A DNA stretch of 64,000 nt from Alphaproteobacteria bacterium. GTDB lineage: Bacteria > Pseudomonadota > Alphaproteobacteria > GCA-2731375. Numbering within the stretch: position 1 is the first letter of the stretch; each line of letters starts with the position of its first letter. Below the pieces are notes generated by a model, which searched no databases, was not told where the DNA came from, and saw only the letters and a program-made list of their open reading frames with translations. The translations under genes and the position numbers were made by a program. The stretch lies in NCBI GenBank assembly GCA_965232515.1, contig CBDDPY010000002.1, forward strand, positions 5,536,001-5,600,000, in the 5' to 3' direction. Shown here in pieces: positions 26,229 through 35,875 of this stretch.

Positions 26229-26531
26229 TCAGCAGAGCTTCCTGAAAACCTTCACGTTGGCGATAAATGAGTCGGCCGATATGCCGAAGTCCTCGAAGCG
26301 GCCCTGGGCCACCGAAAAGGTCGGCTCGACGATCAGCCCCGCTTTGACGGCGTCGTCCATGGCTTCGTTCAGCGTCCTGACGGCGCCGACGATGGCCGCG
26401 GCGATCTCGGCATCGCGGCCCTGCGCGCCATCGGCCACGGCCGCCAGCGGCGCCGGGCTCTCGGACGGGGAAGCCGGCTTTTTGTCCCGGCCCTTGGCCA
26501 GGTCCAGCCTTGCGATATTGGGGGCGTTCAT
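26229..26531 (-). CDS. Hypothetical protein
   Basis: ATG after a GAGAG RBS; protein-like C-terminus (LNEAMDDAVKAGLIVEP...VKVFRKLC). Confidence 0.7.
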   Translation of the reverse strand: MNAPNIARLDLAKGRDKKPASPSESPAPLAAVADGAQGRDAEIAAAIVGAVRTLNEAMDDAVKAGLIVEPTFSVAQGRFEDFGISADSFIANVKVFRKLC

Positions 26532-26692
26532 ACTCTCGGTCCCTTCGGTAGCCCCGCTGCCTTGCCTACGCCGCAAGGTCGGTGGCTTTGCGTCCCGCCG
26601 TTGCCGACGGTTTGCCGTTTCGAGGACATGGGCGACGGCACGCGCCAACGGCGCTGCGTCCCAGGTCTTGCGGGGACTTTAGCGGACCTGCC

Positions 26693-26708
26693 TTAACGGC
26701 GGGTTAAC
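26693..26708. promoter_or_regulatory. CtrA-binding site
   Basis: TTAA-CGGCGGG-TTAAC is an exact TTAA-N7-TTAAC match in GC-rich intergenic DNA. Confidence 0.65.
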
Positions 26709-26831
26709 GGCGGGTCGACAATTCGTTCCGGGCAGGCCGGATCGCGGTCCGGGGTGACGTCGGTTTGTTTCGTAGAATCAAACGGTTGCGGCTGATATGC
26801 GGTCCGACGGGCCGATCGGCCAAGCCCCCAA

Positions 26832-27350
26832 TCAGTCGCCGAACAGGGCGTCGAACGGCACCGCATAGGTCAGCACCAGGTTCTCGGTCCCCGGGTTGTC
26901 GTCGCCAATCCCGGCATTTGACATATGCGACAACGCGACGCCCAACCGCGACCTGTTGTCGAAGCGGTAGCTGACCTCGATCTGCGAGCGGAACTCCAGC
27001 ACGCTGCCCAGGTCCTTGCTGTCGCCCTCGATATAGGCGCCCGGCGCGAAGCTGGGCGTGACCACGATCCGCCGGCCGAAGAACAGGTCGATCAGCACGC
27101 CGGCATAGACATAGCCGCCGCCGTCGCCGTTCGCCATCACGCCGCCGAACGGCTTGAACATCCACCAGCGCCAGTCCGAACGGTATTCCAGCCGCCCCTC
27201 GACCGTGGTCTCGTCGTCGTTGACGTCGAAGGCGCCCAGGCTGACGGCGAGGAAGTCCGGATCGTCGGCCGCCGCCGGCCCGGCCCCCAGCAGAATGATG
27301 GCGATCAGACCCGCCGCCTGGCGACGCAGCCGCATAAATGAAACAGGCAT
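26832..27350 (-). CDS. Acyloxyacyl hydrolase / PagL-like lipid A deacylase outer-membrane protein
   Basis: Signal peptide, DLGSVLEFRSQ, HMSNAG...NPGTE motif, beta-barrel pattern. Confidence 0.85.
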   Translation of the reverse strand: MPVSFMRLRRQAAGLIAIILLGAGPAAADDPDFLAVSLGAFDVNDDETTVEGRLEYRSDWRWWMFKPFGGVMANGDGGGYVYAGVLIDLFFGRRIVVTPSFAPGAYIEGDSKDLGSVLEFRSQIEVSYRFDNRSRLGVALSHMSNAGIGDDNPGTENLVLTYAVPFDALFGD

Positions 27351-27401
27351 CGGTCGGGAGAGGTCTCTTTTGGTTATGCTTTTCTGAATCGGACAGCCGG
27401 A

Positions 27402-28226
27402 GTGTATGAGAACTTGGTGATTGTTCAAAGCACGGTTGCTCGCCGCGCGCGCCTGAGCGTCGGTTTGTTATTGATTGTGGCCGCGTTGCACGGCCGCGTC
27501 CCGGCCTTGGCGTCGGAGCTGACCGGCGGGGGCGCGGCGCAGGTGGTCGAGATCGTGGACGGCGACACCGTGCTGCTCGACGACGGCCGGGAGGTGCGTC
27601 TCGTCGGCATCCAGGCGCCGAAGCTGCCGCTCGGTCGGGCGCACGTAAAGAAATGGCCGCTCGCCGACGACGCCAAGGCCGTGCTGGCGGGGATGACGCT
27701 GAACCGCCGCGTGCGCCTGTCCTATGGCGGCCGCCGCCTCGACCGCTACAAGCGCGTGCTGGCCCACCTGCATGACGAGAGCGGCCGCTGGATCCAGGGC
27801 GAGCTGTTGCGCCGGGGCATGGCGCGGGTCTACAGCTTCCGCGACAACCGCGCGCTGGTGGCCGACATGCTGGCGCTCGAGCGCGAGGCGCGGGCCGCCG
27901 GCCGTGGCATCTGGGGCCTCGACTGGTATGGCGTGCGCGATGCCACGCAATCGCCGCAATTCGTCAATAGCTTCCAGCTCGTGACGGGACGCGTGCGGGA
28001 GGTGGCCGTGGTCCGCGGCCGGGCGTATCTCAATTTCGGCGCCGATTGGCGCAGCGACTTCACGGTGACGATCGCGCCGCGCGACCGTAAGCTGTTCGAC
28101 CGCGAGGGCGTCGACTATCGCGGCCTCGCCGGACGGCAAATCCGCGTGCGCGGCTGGCTGAAGGATTTCAACGGACCGATGATCGAGGCGACGCATCCCG
28201 AGCAGATCGAGGTGTTGCCGGAATGA
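27402..28226 (+). CDS. Thermonuclease (SNase-like) family protein
   Basis: VDGDTV, VRLVGIQAP, DRYKRVLA, EARAAGRGIW; C-terminal OB-like domain; start uncertain. Confidence 0.9.
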   Translation: MYENLVIVQSTVARRARLSVGLLLIVAALHGRVPALASELTGGGAAQVVEIVDGDTVLLDDGREVRLVGIQAPKLPLGRAHVKKWPLADDAKAVLAGMTLNRRVRLSYGGRRLDRYKRVLAHLHDESGRWIQGELLRRGMARVYSFRDNRALVADMLALEREARAAGRGIWGLDWYGVRDATQSPQFVNSFQLVTGRVREVAVVRGRAYLNFGADWRSDFTVTIAPRDRKLFDREGVDYRGLAGRQIRVRGWLKDFNGPMIEATHPEQIEVLPE

Positions 28227-29698
28227 GGCGCGGCCGGCGTTTCGCGGCCTTGTCCGTCGTGGCCTTGACGACGATGGCGGTGGGCCTGACCGGCTGCAGG
28301 ACGACCAATCCGGCGACCGGCCAGAGCGAGTTCACGCCCCTGATGACGCCGGCCCAAGAGGTCCAGGTCGGCGCCGAGGAACATCCCAAGATCATCAAGC
28401 GGTTCGGCGGCGTCTACGACGATCCTGATGTCGGCGGCTGGATCGCTCAGGTCGGCGGCGGGCTGGCCGCGAATTCCGAGCTGCCCGATCTCGCCTTCAC
28501 CTTTACCGTGCTGGATACGGATCAGGTCAACGCCTTTGCCGTGCCGGGCGGCTACATCTACATCACCCGCGGCCTGATCGCGCTCGCCAATACCGAGGCC
28601 GAGATCGCCGGCGTGCTGGCGCACGAGATCGGTCATGTCACGGCCCGGCACACGGCCCAGCGCTACAACCGCACGGTGGCGGCGAACCTGCTGACCACGG
28701 TGCTCGGCGCCGCCACCGGCAGCCGCGAGATCGCCCAGGTCGGCCAGCTCGTCGGCGCCGGCGTGCTCGCCAGCTATTCGCGCGACCAGGAATTCGAGGC
28801 CGACGTCCTGGGCGTGCGCTACATGAGCCGGACCGGCTACAACCCCTACGGTCAGGCCGACCTGTTGAGCCAGCTGCAGCGCGAGCGCGAACTGGCCTTG
28901 GCCATCGCCGGCCGCGAGGGCGAGGACCCGACGGCCAATTTCTTCGCCAGCCATCCGAATACGATCGAACGCGTGCAGCGCGCCGTTGCCGCCGCCAACG
29001 AAACCGGCGCCGCCAACGCGCCCTACCGCCGCGACGAATTCCTGGCCCGCGTCGATGGCCTGATCTATGGCGGCTCGCCCGACCACGGCTATATCCGCGG
29101 GCGCACCTTCTGGCATCCGAAGCTGCGCTTCGCCTTCACCGTGCCGCCCGATTTCCGGCTGATCAACACGCCGCGCGCGGTCTACGCCAAGGGGCCGGGC
29201 GGCGCGCAGATCCGCTTCGACATTTCCAAGAAGGCCGGCGGCGGCGATCCGCTCGCCTATCTCACCGATGTCTGGGCCCGCAAGCTGTTGCTGCGCGAGG
29301 TCGAGCGCATCACCGTCAACGGGCTGCCGGCGGCGACGGGGGCGGCCGACGTGAACACGCGGTCCGGCCGGCGCGGTCTCCGGCTGATCGCCGTGCGCTC
29401 ATCGACCGGCGCCATGTTCCGGCTGATGTTCGTGACGCCGCCCGGCCTCGAGGACCGGCTGCGGGAAGACCTGCAGCGCACGACGTACAGCCTGCGCGAG
29501 CTCAGCCCGGCGGAGGCGGCCCGGCTGAAGCCGCGGCGTATCCGCGTGGTTACGGTCGGCGTCGGTGATACGGTGGAAACGCTGGCCCAGCGCATGACCG
29601 TCGACGACTTTCCGGTCGAGCGCTTCCGGGTGCTGAACGCGCTGACGGCGGACGCCCGCCTGCGCGTCGGCGAGCGTGTAAAGATCGTTTCGGAGTAG
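28223..29698 (+). CDS. M48 family metalloprotease lipoprotein
   Basis: Lipobox LTGC, NAFAVPGG, HEIGH, EFEAD, SHP; LysM-like C-terminus. Confidence 0.93.
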   Translation: MRRGRRFAALSVVALTTMAVGLTGCRTTNPATGQSEFTPLMTPAQEVQVGAEEHPKIIKRFGGVYDDPDVGGWIAQVGGGLAANSELPDLAFTFTVLDTDQVNAFAVPGGYIYITRGLIALANTEAEIAGVLAHEIGHVTARHTAQRYNRTVAANLLTTVLGAATGSREIAQVGQLVGAGVLASYSRDQEFEADVLGVRYMSRTGYNPYGQADLLSQLQRERELALAIAGREGEDPTANFFASHPNTIERVQRAVAAANETGAANAPYRRDEFLARVDGLIYGGSPDHGYIRGRTFWHPKLRFAFTVPPDFRLINTPRAVYAKGPGGAQIRFDISKKAGGGDPLAYLTDVWARKLLLREVERITVNGLPAATGAADVNTRSGRRGLRLIAVRSSTGAMFRLMFVTPPGLEDRLREDLQRTTYSLRELSPAEAARLKPRRIRVVTVGVGDTVETLAQRMTVDDFPVERFRVLNALTADARLRVGERVKIVSE

Positions 29699-29703
29699 GG
29701 GCA

Positions 29704-30294
29704 ATGGTGGCGACGGCACGGGACAAGCTCGCGGATGGCATCGTCGACGCGGCGTTAGAGATCGCCGATGAACGGGGCTGGGATGCGGTGCGCCTGCACG
29801 ACGTCGCCGACCGGCTCGGCGTCGGTCTGCCGCGGATCCGCGCCTGCTATCCGGACCGCGACGCCGTCGCCGATGCCTGGCTTGGCCGCGCCGACGACGC
29901 CATGCTGTCGGTGCGCGAGCGCCCGGGCTTCGCCGAGCTGCCGGCGCGCGAGCGGCTGCAGGCGGCCTTGGACGCCTGGTTCAACGCGCTCGGACCCCGC
30001 CGGCGCATCCTGCGCAGCGTGCTGGTCTACAAGCTGCAGCCGCCGCACCTGCATCTGCAGGCGGGGCTGGTGGTCGCGACGTCGCGCCGGGTGCAATGGC
30101 TGCGCGAGGCGGCCGGCCTCGACGCCGAGGGCTTTCAATGCAGCATCGAAGAGTCCGGCCTGACGGCGCTGTTCGTGGCCGCCGTCGGCGTCTGGCTCAC
30201 CGATGACAGCGAGGACTACCGACGCACCCGCAATTTCATCGCCCAGCGGCTGCAGAACGCCGAAAATCTGATGCAGCGACTGTTCCGCGGCTGA
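29704..30294 (+). CDS. TetR/COQ9-like helical regulator
   Basis: AALEIADERGW...LHDVADRLGV HTH; WLTDDSEDYRRTRNF C-terminus. Confidence 0.75.
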   Translation: MVATARDKLADGIVDAALEIADERGWDAVRLHDVADRLGVGLPRIRACYPDRDAVADAWLGRADDAMLSVRERPGFAELPARERLQAALDAWFNALGPRRRILRSVLVYKLQPPHLHLQAGLVVATSRRVQWLREAAGLDAEGFQCSIEESGLTALFVAAVGVWLTDDSEDYRRTRNFIAQRLQNAENLMQRLFRG

Positions 30295-30321
30295 GCGGTC
30301 ACATTGCTACGTTGTCGCCAA

Positions 30322-30400
30322 GGCCGCGACCGTGGCCCGCCGGCTTATCCGGCGCGCCCGCGCAGGCGCGGACCGCTAGGTCCGCTGCCGTGAGCGCAAC
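30322..30400. repeat. 80-bp multi-hairpin dispersed repeat, copy 4
   Basis: Differs from copy 1 mainly in loops (GACC, GCTA) and one G-T pair. Confidence 0.93.
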
Positions 30401-30402
30401 AG

Positions 30403-30439
30403 GCCTAAAACCGACCCGTCCCAAGGGACGGGTTTAGGC
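30403..30439. terminator. Hairpin at the rpoH2 3' end
   Basis: ACCCGTCC-CAAG-GGACGGGT extended by GCCTAAA/TTTAGGC; A-tract gives U-tract on the minus strand. Confidence 0.6.
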
Positions 30440-31318
30440 GATCAGCAGTTCGGTATCGTCCGTATCGCCGACGCGGCGCTCCAGCGACACGCGCAGTTTC
30501 TTCATGGCCTGGTGCTCGATCTGCCGCACCCGCTCCTTGCTGATGCCGAGGCGTTGGCCCAGCGCCTCCAGCGTCACCGTCTCCTCGCTCAGGCGCCGCT
30601 CGCGGATGATGGTCTGCTCGCGCTCGTTCAGCGCGCCCAGCGCCTCGTTCAGCCAACGGGCCCGGGTGGCGCCGTCGCGCAGCGCCGTTACCACCTCTTC
30701 CGGACCGGGACGGTCGTCCTCCAGAAAATCCTGCCATTCGCCGTCGCTGTCCTCGCCGACCGTGGCGTTCAGCGACCGGTCGTTGGCGCTGAGGCGCACC
30801 TCCATGGCCTCGACCTCGTGCAGGGCGACGTTCAGCTCATCCGCGATGAACTGCCGGCCCTCGTGGGTCAGCTGCAGGTCGCCGCCCTCGATCATCGCCC
30901 GCAGCCGGCGCAGGTTGAAGAACAACGATTTCTGGGCCGCGGTCGTGCCGGTGCGCACGATCGACCAGTTGCGCAGGATGAAGTCCTGAATGGCCGAGCG
31001 GATCCACCAGCTGGCATAGGTCGAAAAGCGCACCTCGCGGTCCGGATCGAACCGCGCCGCCGCCTGCATCAGGCCGATATTGCCCTCCTGCACCAGGTCG
31101 CCCATGGGCAGGCCATAGCTGCGGAAGCGCGACGCGGTGCTGATGACGAGGCGCATATAGGCCGAGACCAGCTCGTGCAGGGCTTCTTCGTCCTGCTCGA
31201 AGCGCCAGCGCTTAGCCAGGTCATGCTCGTGCTCGCGGCTGAGCAGCGGCGCCTTCATCGCCGTCTTGATGAAGCGGCGATTTGCCCGCTGCGTTTCCGG
31301 TGTGTCGATGAATGCCAT
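30434..31318 (-). CDS. rpoH2: RNA polymerase sigma-32 factor (RpoH2-like)
   Basis: DLVQEGNIGLM, RFSTYASWWIR, RpoH box QKSLFFNLR, SKERVRQIE; adjacent to carD/M48. Confidence 0.9.
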   Translation of the reverse strand: MAFIDTPETQRANRRFIKTAMKAPLLSREHEHDLAKRWRFEQDEEALHELVSAYMRLVISTASRFRSYGLPMGDLVQEGNIGLMQAAARFDPDREVRFSTYASWWIRSAIQDFILRNWSIVRTGTTAAQKSLFFNLRRLRAMIEGGDLQLTHEGRQFIADELNVALHEVEAMEVRLSANDRSLNATVGEDSDGEWQDFLEDDRPGPEEVVTALRDGATRARWLNEALGALNEREQTIIRERRLSEETVTLEALGQRLGISKERVRQIEHQAMKKLRVSLERRVGDTDDTELLIA

Positions 31319-31573
31319 GCGCGCGTTCCCCGGTTGCTCGCCTGCGACCACCCACCTGGCTGGCGTACCGGTTCGGCTTGCGGCTTGACCCGTACCCAGG
31401 CGCTAGGCGTGTCCCCCCTGCATTCATGTACGTACCGGATTCCACGTTGGATCAATTCTAAAACTCAGAAAATTCGACTCGACGCCGAATTCATCGATCT
31501 GCACGAATGATAAAATATTAGTTCAATTTAAGATTGTGTAGCCGGCGCGCTCGGACGGCCTTGGCGGCGCCGA

Positions 31574-32380
31574 TCAGGCTTCGATCCAGTCCAGGATCTC
31601 GCCGTGGGGGGTCAGGCAGGCGGCGCAGAGCGGGCCGCCGAAGCCGCACCCGCCGTCGATCGACAGCGTGTGCTCGGTGACCACGCGGCCGGCATGGTTG
31701 CGGTCGAAGCCGCGCACGATGCGCCGGAAATCGCCGTAAGGCGCGCGGATATCGTCGAAATAGCTGCTGCCCCACCAGAAGGTATCCCGCTGTTCCGACA
31801 GCGGCCGGTGCGGGTCGACGCCGGCATGCACGAACAGCAGATCGCCGCTGTCGCTGACCGCATAGCGGCGCAGCGCCGTCACCAGATCCTCATGACCGTG
31901 ATGCCGGCGCATGGCGGCCCGCAGCTCCATGGTCCAGCGGGTGATCGACACCGTGCCCTCGCGGCAGCGCTGGCGGGCGAGATCGATGTCGTCGCCATAG
32001 CTGGTCAGCGTCGCGCCGACGCCCTGTGCCAGCATCCACTCCAGGACTTCGGGCGGATTGGGCGCGAACTGGATCTGCAGCAGCTTCTGCCACATCTCTT
32101 CCTGCGTGCCACGCAGGTAGACAATGTCCCAGGGCTGGGCGCCCGGCACGGTCAGCAGCAGCCGGCGGAACGCCAGCAGCTCGTTCAGCGTGCCGACGAT
32201 ATCGGCGCCATGGCCTAGATAGTTGCCCAGATAGACCACCCGGTCGCCGCGTTCGAGACGGTCCTGCAACGCCCCGTGCAGGTCCGCCAGGCGCTCGGTG
32301 ACGCCATGGATGGCGGCCACTGTCCAGATCCGCTTGGGCCGCTCCAGCACGGCGTAGACCTCGGTTCCGGTATCGGGCAT
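31574..32380 (-). CDS. Metallophosphoesterase-like protein with degenerate metal motifs
   Basis: AIHG, GNYLG, RGTQE, FVHAGVDP, IDGG align to calcineurin-like motifs. Confidence 0.8.
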   Translation of the reverse strand: MPDTGTEVYAVLERPKRIWTVAAIHGVTERLADLHGALQDRLERGDRVVYLGNYLGHGADIVGTLNELLAFRRLLLTVPGAQPWDIVYLRGTQEEMWQKLLQIQFAPNPPEVLEWMLAQGVGATLTSYGDDIDLARQRCREGTVSITRWTMELRAAMRRHHGHEDLVTALRRYAVSDSGDLLFVHAGVDPHRPLSEQRDTFWWGSSYFDDIRAPYGDFRRIVRGFDRNHAGRVVTEHTLSIDGGCGFGGPLCAACLTPHGEILDWIEA

Positions 32381-32405
32381 CGCGCTCTATCTGCGGCGGG
32401 GGTCG

Positions 32406-32442
32406 AAACGAAAGCGGCCCGGCAACGTCTGCGCCGGGCCGC
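32406..32442 (-). terminator. Intrinsic terminator after carD
   Basis: GCGGCCCGGC/GCCGGGCCGC stem followed by TTTCGTTT on the minus strand. Confidence 0.7.
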
Positions 32443-32466
32443 GTTTCATGTCTTTATCCGCTGCGG

Positions 32467-32985
32467 TCAGGCGGCGGCAAGCATCTTTTCCAGGCGGTCG
32501 GTGGCCTGGTCTTCGTCGAGGCCTTCGACGGCCGCCAATTCCCGCACCAGGCGGTCCAGCGCGGCCTCGTAGATCTGGCGCTCCGAATAGGACTGCTCGG
32601 GCTGGCCGGCGGCGCGGTGCAGGTCGCGCACGACCTCGGCGATCGACACGGGATCGCCGGAATTGATCTTCGCCTCGTATTCCTGCGCCCGGCGGCTCCA
32701 CATGGTGCGTTTAACCCGGGCCCGGCCCTTCAGCGTGGTCAGCGCCGACTTCATCTTGTCGGGCGAGCTGAGCCGGCGCATGCCGGTCGTCGGCGCTTTC
32801 GCCACGGGCACGCGCACCGTCATCTTTTCCTTATCGAATTCGATAACGAAAAGTTCCAGGTCCATGCCGGCGATGTTCTGTTTTTCGATGTCGGTGATCT
32901 TGCCGACACCGTGGGTCGGATACACAACGAAATCGTTGACGGAGAAGGGGAGCTTCTTGCTGCTCGACTTTTTTGCTTTGGCCAT
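32467..32985 (-). CDS. carD: CarD family transcriptional regulator
   Basis: VVYPTHGVG, MWSRRAQEYEAKINSGD, QSYSERQIYE. Confidence 0.96.
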   Translation of the reverse strand: MAKAKKSSSKKLPFSVNDFVVYPTHGVGKITDIEKQNIAGMDLELFVIEFDKEKMTVRVPVAKAPTTGMRRLSSPDKMKSALTTLKGRARVKRTMWSRRAQEYEAKINSGDPVSIAEVVRDLHRAAGQPEQSYSERQIYEAALDRLVRELAAVEGLDEDQATDRLEKMLAAA

Positions 32986-33375
32986 GTTCCTCGCTCACTA
33001 AGCGTCGCGGTTATCTTTGTCGGCGGCCAATCGCCGCTTGCTGCGCACCGCCCCTGCGCCACAAGAATGGCATGTTCGACATTCGCGCGATCCCGTCGAA
33101 ACGCCGGACGCCCCGCAGGCGCCGGTTGTGAGCCGCGCGATTCAAGGCCACTCGCCAAGATTTGTTACGTTATGTGACACTATCATAAAAATGCGGCGAA
33201 ATAAAGGTTCGCACACGAACGATTGCCGCAATACGCTACTATTTCGAGTATTCCTGCCTTTGCTTGCCCGCGATAACGAATTTGATCCGTTTTCCCGACA
33301 ATGCGGCGATCAAACAGCGCCCGTTGCCTGCCGGTTCAAGATCCGTTCGAGGTCGAGGGACGCCTCTTCCGCAGG

Positions 33376-33714
33376 TCAGCTGCCCTGCCCGGGATTGGCG
33401 CTGAAATGCTTCTCGAACTTGTCGCCGACATCCTTCCATTCGTCGGAATCGGCCGGCGACTCGCCCTTGCGCGTGATGTTCGGCCATTTCTCGGAGTATT
33501 CGCGGTTGACCTCAAGCCATTTCTCGGTGCCGTCCTCGGTGTCGGGCAGGATGGCCTCGATCGGGCATTCCGGCTCGCAGACGCCGCAGTCGATGCATTC
33601 GTCCGGGTGGATAACCAGCATGTTTTCGCCTTCGTAGAAGCAGTCCACCGGACAGACCTCCACGCAGTCCATGTACTTGCACTTGATGCACCCTTCGGTC
33701 ACCACATACGGCAT
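33376..33714 (-). CDS. fdxA: 7Fe/8Fe ferredoxin
   Basis: [30 protein letters not shown]. Confidence 0.97.
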   Translation of the reverse strand: MPYVVTEGCIKCKYMDCVEVCPVDCFYEGENMLVIHPDECIDCGVCEPECPIEAILPDTEDGTEKWLEVNREYSEKWPNITRKGESPADSDEWKDVGDKFEKHFSANPGQGS

Positions 33715-33755
33715 TCGCGAACTCCTGATCCGCTGTTTTTTGTTTACGCCGACGC

Positions 33756-34238
33756 CTAGTCCGCGCCTGTCGCCTCGTCGATGCCGAGGCGCGCCATCGC
33801 CCGCTTGCGCGCGTCGCCCCGCTCCCGGTCGGTCACATAAATAAGCCCCGCGACGCGGCGAAGCAAGTTGGCCTCATAGTCGTGCAGCACGCCGTCGGCA
33901 TAGACCACTTCCCACAGCATTTCGATCACCTCGATGCGCTCGTCATGGTCGAAATGCTGCTTCACGGCGCTGGTAAACCTCAAGAGCTGGGTGCTCTCGG
34001 CGCTGGCCCGCGTCGCTTCCTCGATCAGGTCGTCGGCCTCGGCCGCGCTCAGGCCGAACCGCCGCATGGCCACGTCCTGGATTACGTTGCGCTCGGCCTC
34101 GTCAAGCTGCCCGTCCATGGTTGCCGCGACAGCCATCAGCGTTGCCGCGGCGAGCTGCTTCTCGTCGCGACTATGGCTCGCGTCGGCCGTCTCCTTGGCG
34201 CCGCCGTCGCGCAGAAATGCCTTGATCCGATTGATCAT
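33756..34238 (-). CDS. TerB family tellurite-resistance-like protein
   Basis: [19 protein letters not shown]...[12 protein letters not shown]. Confidence 0.88.
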   Translation of the reverse strand: MINRIKAFLRDGGAKETADASHSRDEKQLAAATLMAVAATMDGQLDEAERNVIQDVAMRRFGLSAAEADDLIEEATRASAESTQLLRFTSAVKQHFDHDERIEVIEMLWEVVYADGVLHDYEANLLRRVAGLIYVTDRERGDARKRAMARLGIDEATGAD

Positions 34239-34329
34239 GCCGCTGCCTACCACGCCCGACAAACACGTTCAACCGGACGTGCGGTAGGGCTATTTGGGTG
34301 GCTTTTGGCCTAGGCTGAAAATGATCGAA

Positions 34330-34367
34330 CCTCACCCTGAGGAGCGGCGCAGCCGCGTCTCGAAGGG
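34330..34367 (+). repeat. CCTCA-type palindromic repeat, copy 1
   Basis: CCTCACCCTGAGGAGCGGCGCAGCCGCGTCTCGAAGGG. Confidence 0.9.
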
Positions 34368-34396
34368 TGCCGGCGAGGCATTCGCAGAGAAGAGAA

Positions 34397-34738
34397 ATGA
34401 CAGCTTATGTCTACATCCTTCGCTGCGCCGACGGCAGCTACTATGTCGGCACGACGCGAGGTAGCCTCGAGCGTCGAATTGCCGAGCACAATGCAGGATC
34501 ATTTGGCGGTTACACGAAGCGTCGGCGACCAGTCGAACTCGTCTACCAGCAGGATTTCGAGCGAATAGCCGATGCAATCAGCGCTGAACGGCAGCTGAAG
34601 GGCTGGCGTCGCGCCAAGAAAGAAGCCCTGATCCGTGGTGACTTCGATACGCTAAAGCAACTGTCGAAGCGGCAAACAAGCGGCACGCCGCCCTTCGAGA
34701 CGCCGCCTGCGGCGGCTCCTCAGGACGAGGGAGACTAG
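34397..34738 (+). CDS. GIY-YIG nuclease family protein
   Basis: YVYILRCADGSYYVGTT, RIAEHNAG, YTKRRRPV, AERQLKGWRRAKKEALI. Confidence 0.95.
   Translation: MTAYVYILRCADGSYYVGTTRGSLERRIAEHNAGSFGGYTKRRRPVELVYQQDFERIADAISAERQLKGWRRAKKEALIRGDFDTLKQLSKRQTSGTPPFETPPAAAPQDEGD
34691..34730 (-). repeat. CCTCA-type palindromic repeat, copy 2 (inverted, inside the GIY-YIG 3' end)
   Basis: Reverse complement CCTCGTCCTGAGGAGCCGCCGCAGGCGGCGTCTCGAAGGG. Confidence 0.9.
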
Positions 34739-34790
34739 GGGGATCACCGTTCCAATATGCTCTCTCGCACCAATCCGCCATAAAGCCGAG

Positions 34791-34828
34791 CCTCACCCTG
34801 AGGAGCGGCGTAGCCGCGTCTCGAAGGG
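34791..34828 (+). repeat. CCTCA-type palindromic repeat, copy 3
   Basis: Differs from copy 1 by one loop base (GTA vs GCA). Confidence 0.9.
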
Positions 34829-34860
34829 TGATGACGAGCTATGCGCCGCAGTGCCCAACC

Positions 34861-35730
34861 TCACTCGTCCAGCGTCGAGCCGGCGCCGCGGACGCGGGTC
34901 TGGCGCATGTAGCGGCGGTGCTTGTCGGCGTCGTAGCCGGCGCCGCGGTGCAGCAGGCAGCGGTTGTCCCAGATCACCAGGTCGCCCGGCCGCCAGGGAT
35001 GCGTATAGATGTGCTCGGGCCCGGTCGCCCGGTCCAGCAGATCGTCCAGCAGCGCCCGGCTTTCGGCCTCGTCCCAACCCTCCACCTGCCTGGCGTGCGA
35101 GCCGACATAGTAGTTCTTCGCGCCCGTCCGCGCATTGGCCCGGACCAGCTTCTGCCGCACCGGCGGCAGCGACGCCGCGTGCGAGGGCGAGACCGCGTCG
35201 GGCCCGACCTTCGAGCGCGAGAAGACATAGTCGTGCACGACGATCAGCGGATCGATGGTCGCGCGGATCTCGTTGGGCAGCCGCGCATAGGCCGTCCGGC
35301 CGCTGACGAACAGCGTCTCGCCGCCCTCCGATGGCGTTTCGTAGGCGCACATGATCGAGACGAAGGACGGCGTCTCCCGGAACGAGGAGTCCGAGTGCCA
35401 CATATAATTGCCGGTCAGAAACTTGGTGTGCTTGTCGGCGTTGCCACGGGCGGTGCCATCGCCGCGCACGTTGCCGATGGTGCCGAAATACTCGATCCGT
35501 CCCTCGCGCCCCAGCGAGACATGGTTCTCCTCCGGCTCGCCCAGCGCGCGCGTGAACGCGAGCTGCAGGTCGTCGTCGAACGGCTGCTCGGGAAACCAGA
35601 GAAACGAATATTCGTCGATGGCCTGACGGATTTCCTCGACCACCTCGTCGGCCAGCGGCGGCCGCAGGTCAACCCCCGTCATGCGTGCCCCGAACTCGGC
35701 ATGCAGCGGCTCGATATTGAAATGCGCCAT
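34861..35730 (-). CDS. TauD/TfdA family 2-oxoglutarate-dependent dioxygenase
   Basis: WHSDSSF, GGETLF, DLVIWDNRCLLHR. Confidence 0.94.
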   Translation of the reverse strand: MAHFNIEPLHAEFGARMTGVDLRPPLADEVVEEIRQAIDEYSFLWFPEQPFDDDLQLAFTRALGEPEENHVSLGREGRIEYFGTIGNVRGDGTARGNADKHTKFLTGNYMWHSDSSFRETPSFVSIMCAYETPSEGGETLFVSGRTAYARLPNEIRATIDPLIVVHDYVFSRSKVGPDAVSPSHAASLPPVRQKLVRANARTGAKNYYVGSHARQVEGWDEAESRALLDDLLDRATGPEHIYTHPWRPGDLVIWDNRCLLHRGAGYDADKHRRYMRQTRVRGAGSTLDE

Positions 35731-35875
35731 GGACCCCGCCTCTGACATTTCCAGCTGACGTGATTCAAGCACCAACGCGGCCCGGAACCAAGCCCGCCCG
35801 TCGGTCTGGCGGCGCGCCACCGGATCGGATATCTATGCGCATTCTCTTCACCACGCGTCGGAACGGCCGGAACCG

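Noticed and set aside
34330-34828. Repeat clusters as a CRISPR array
   Set aside because: Few copies, mixed orientation, irregular spacing and no cas genes.
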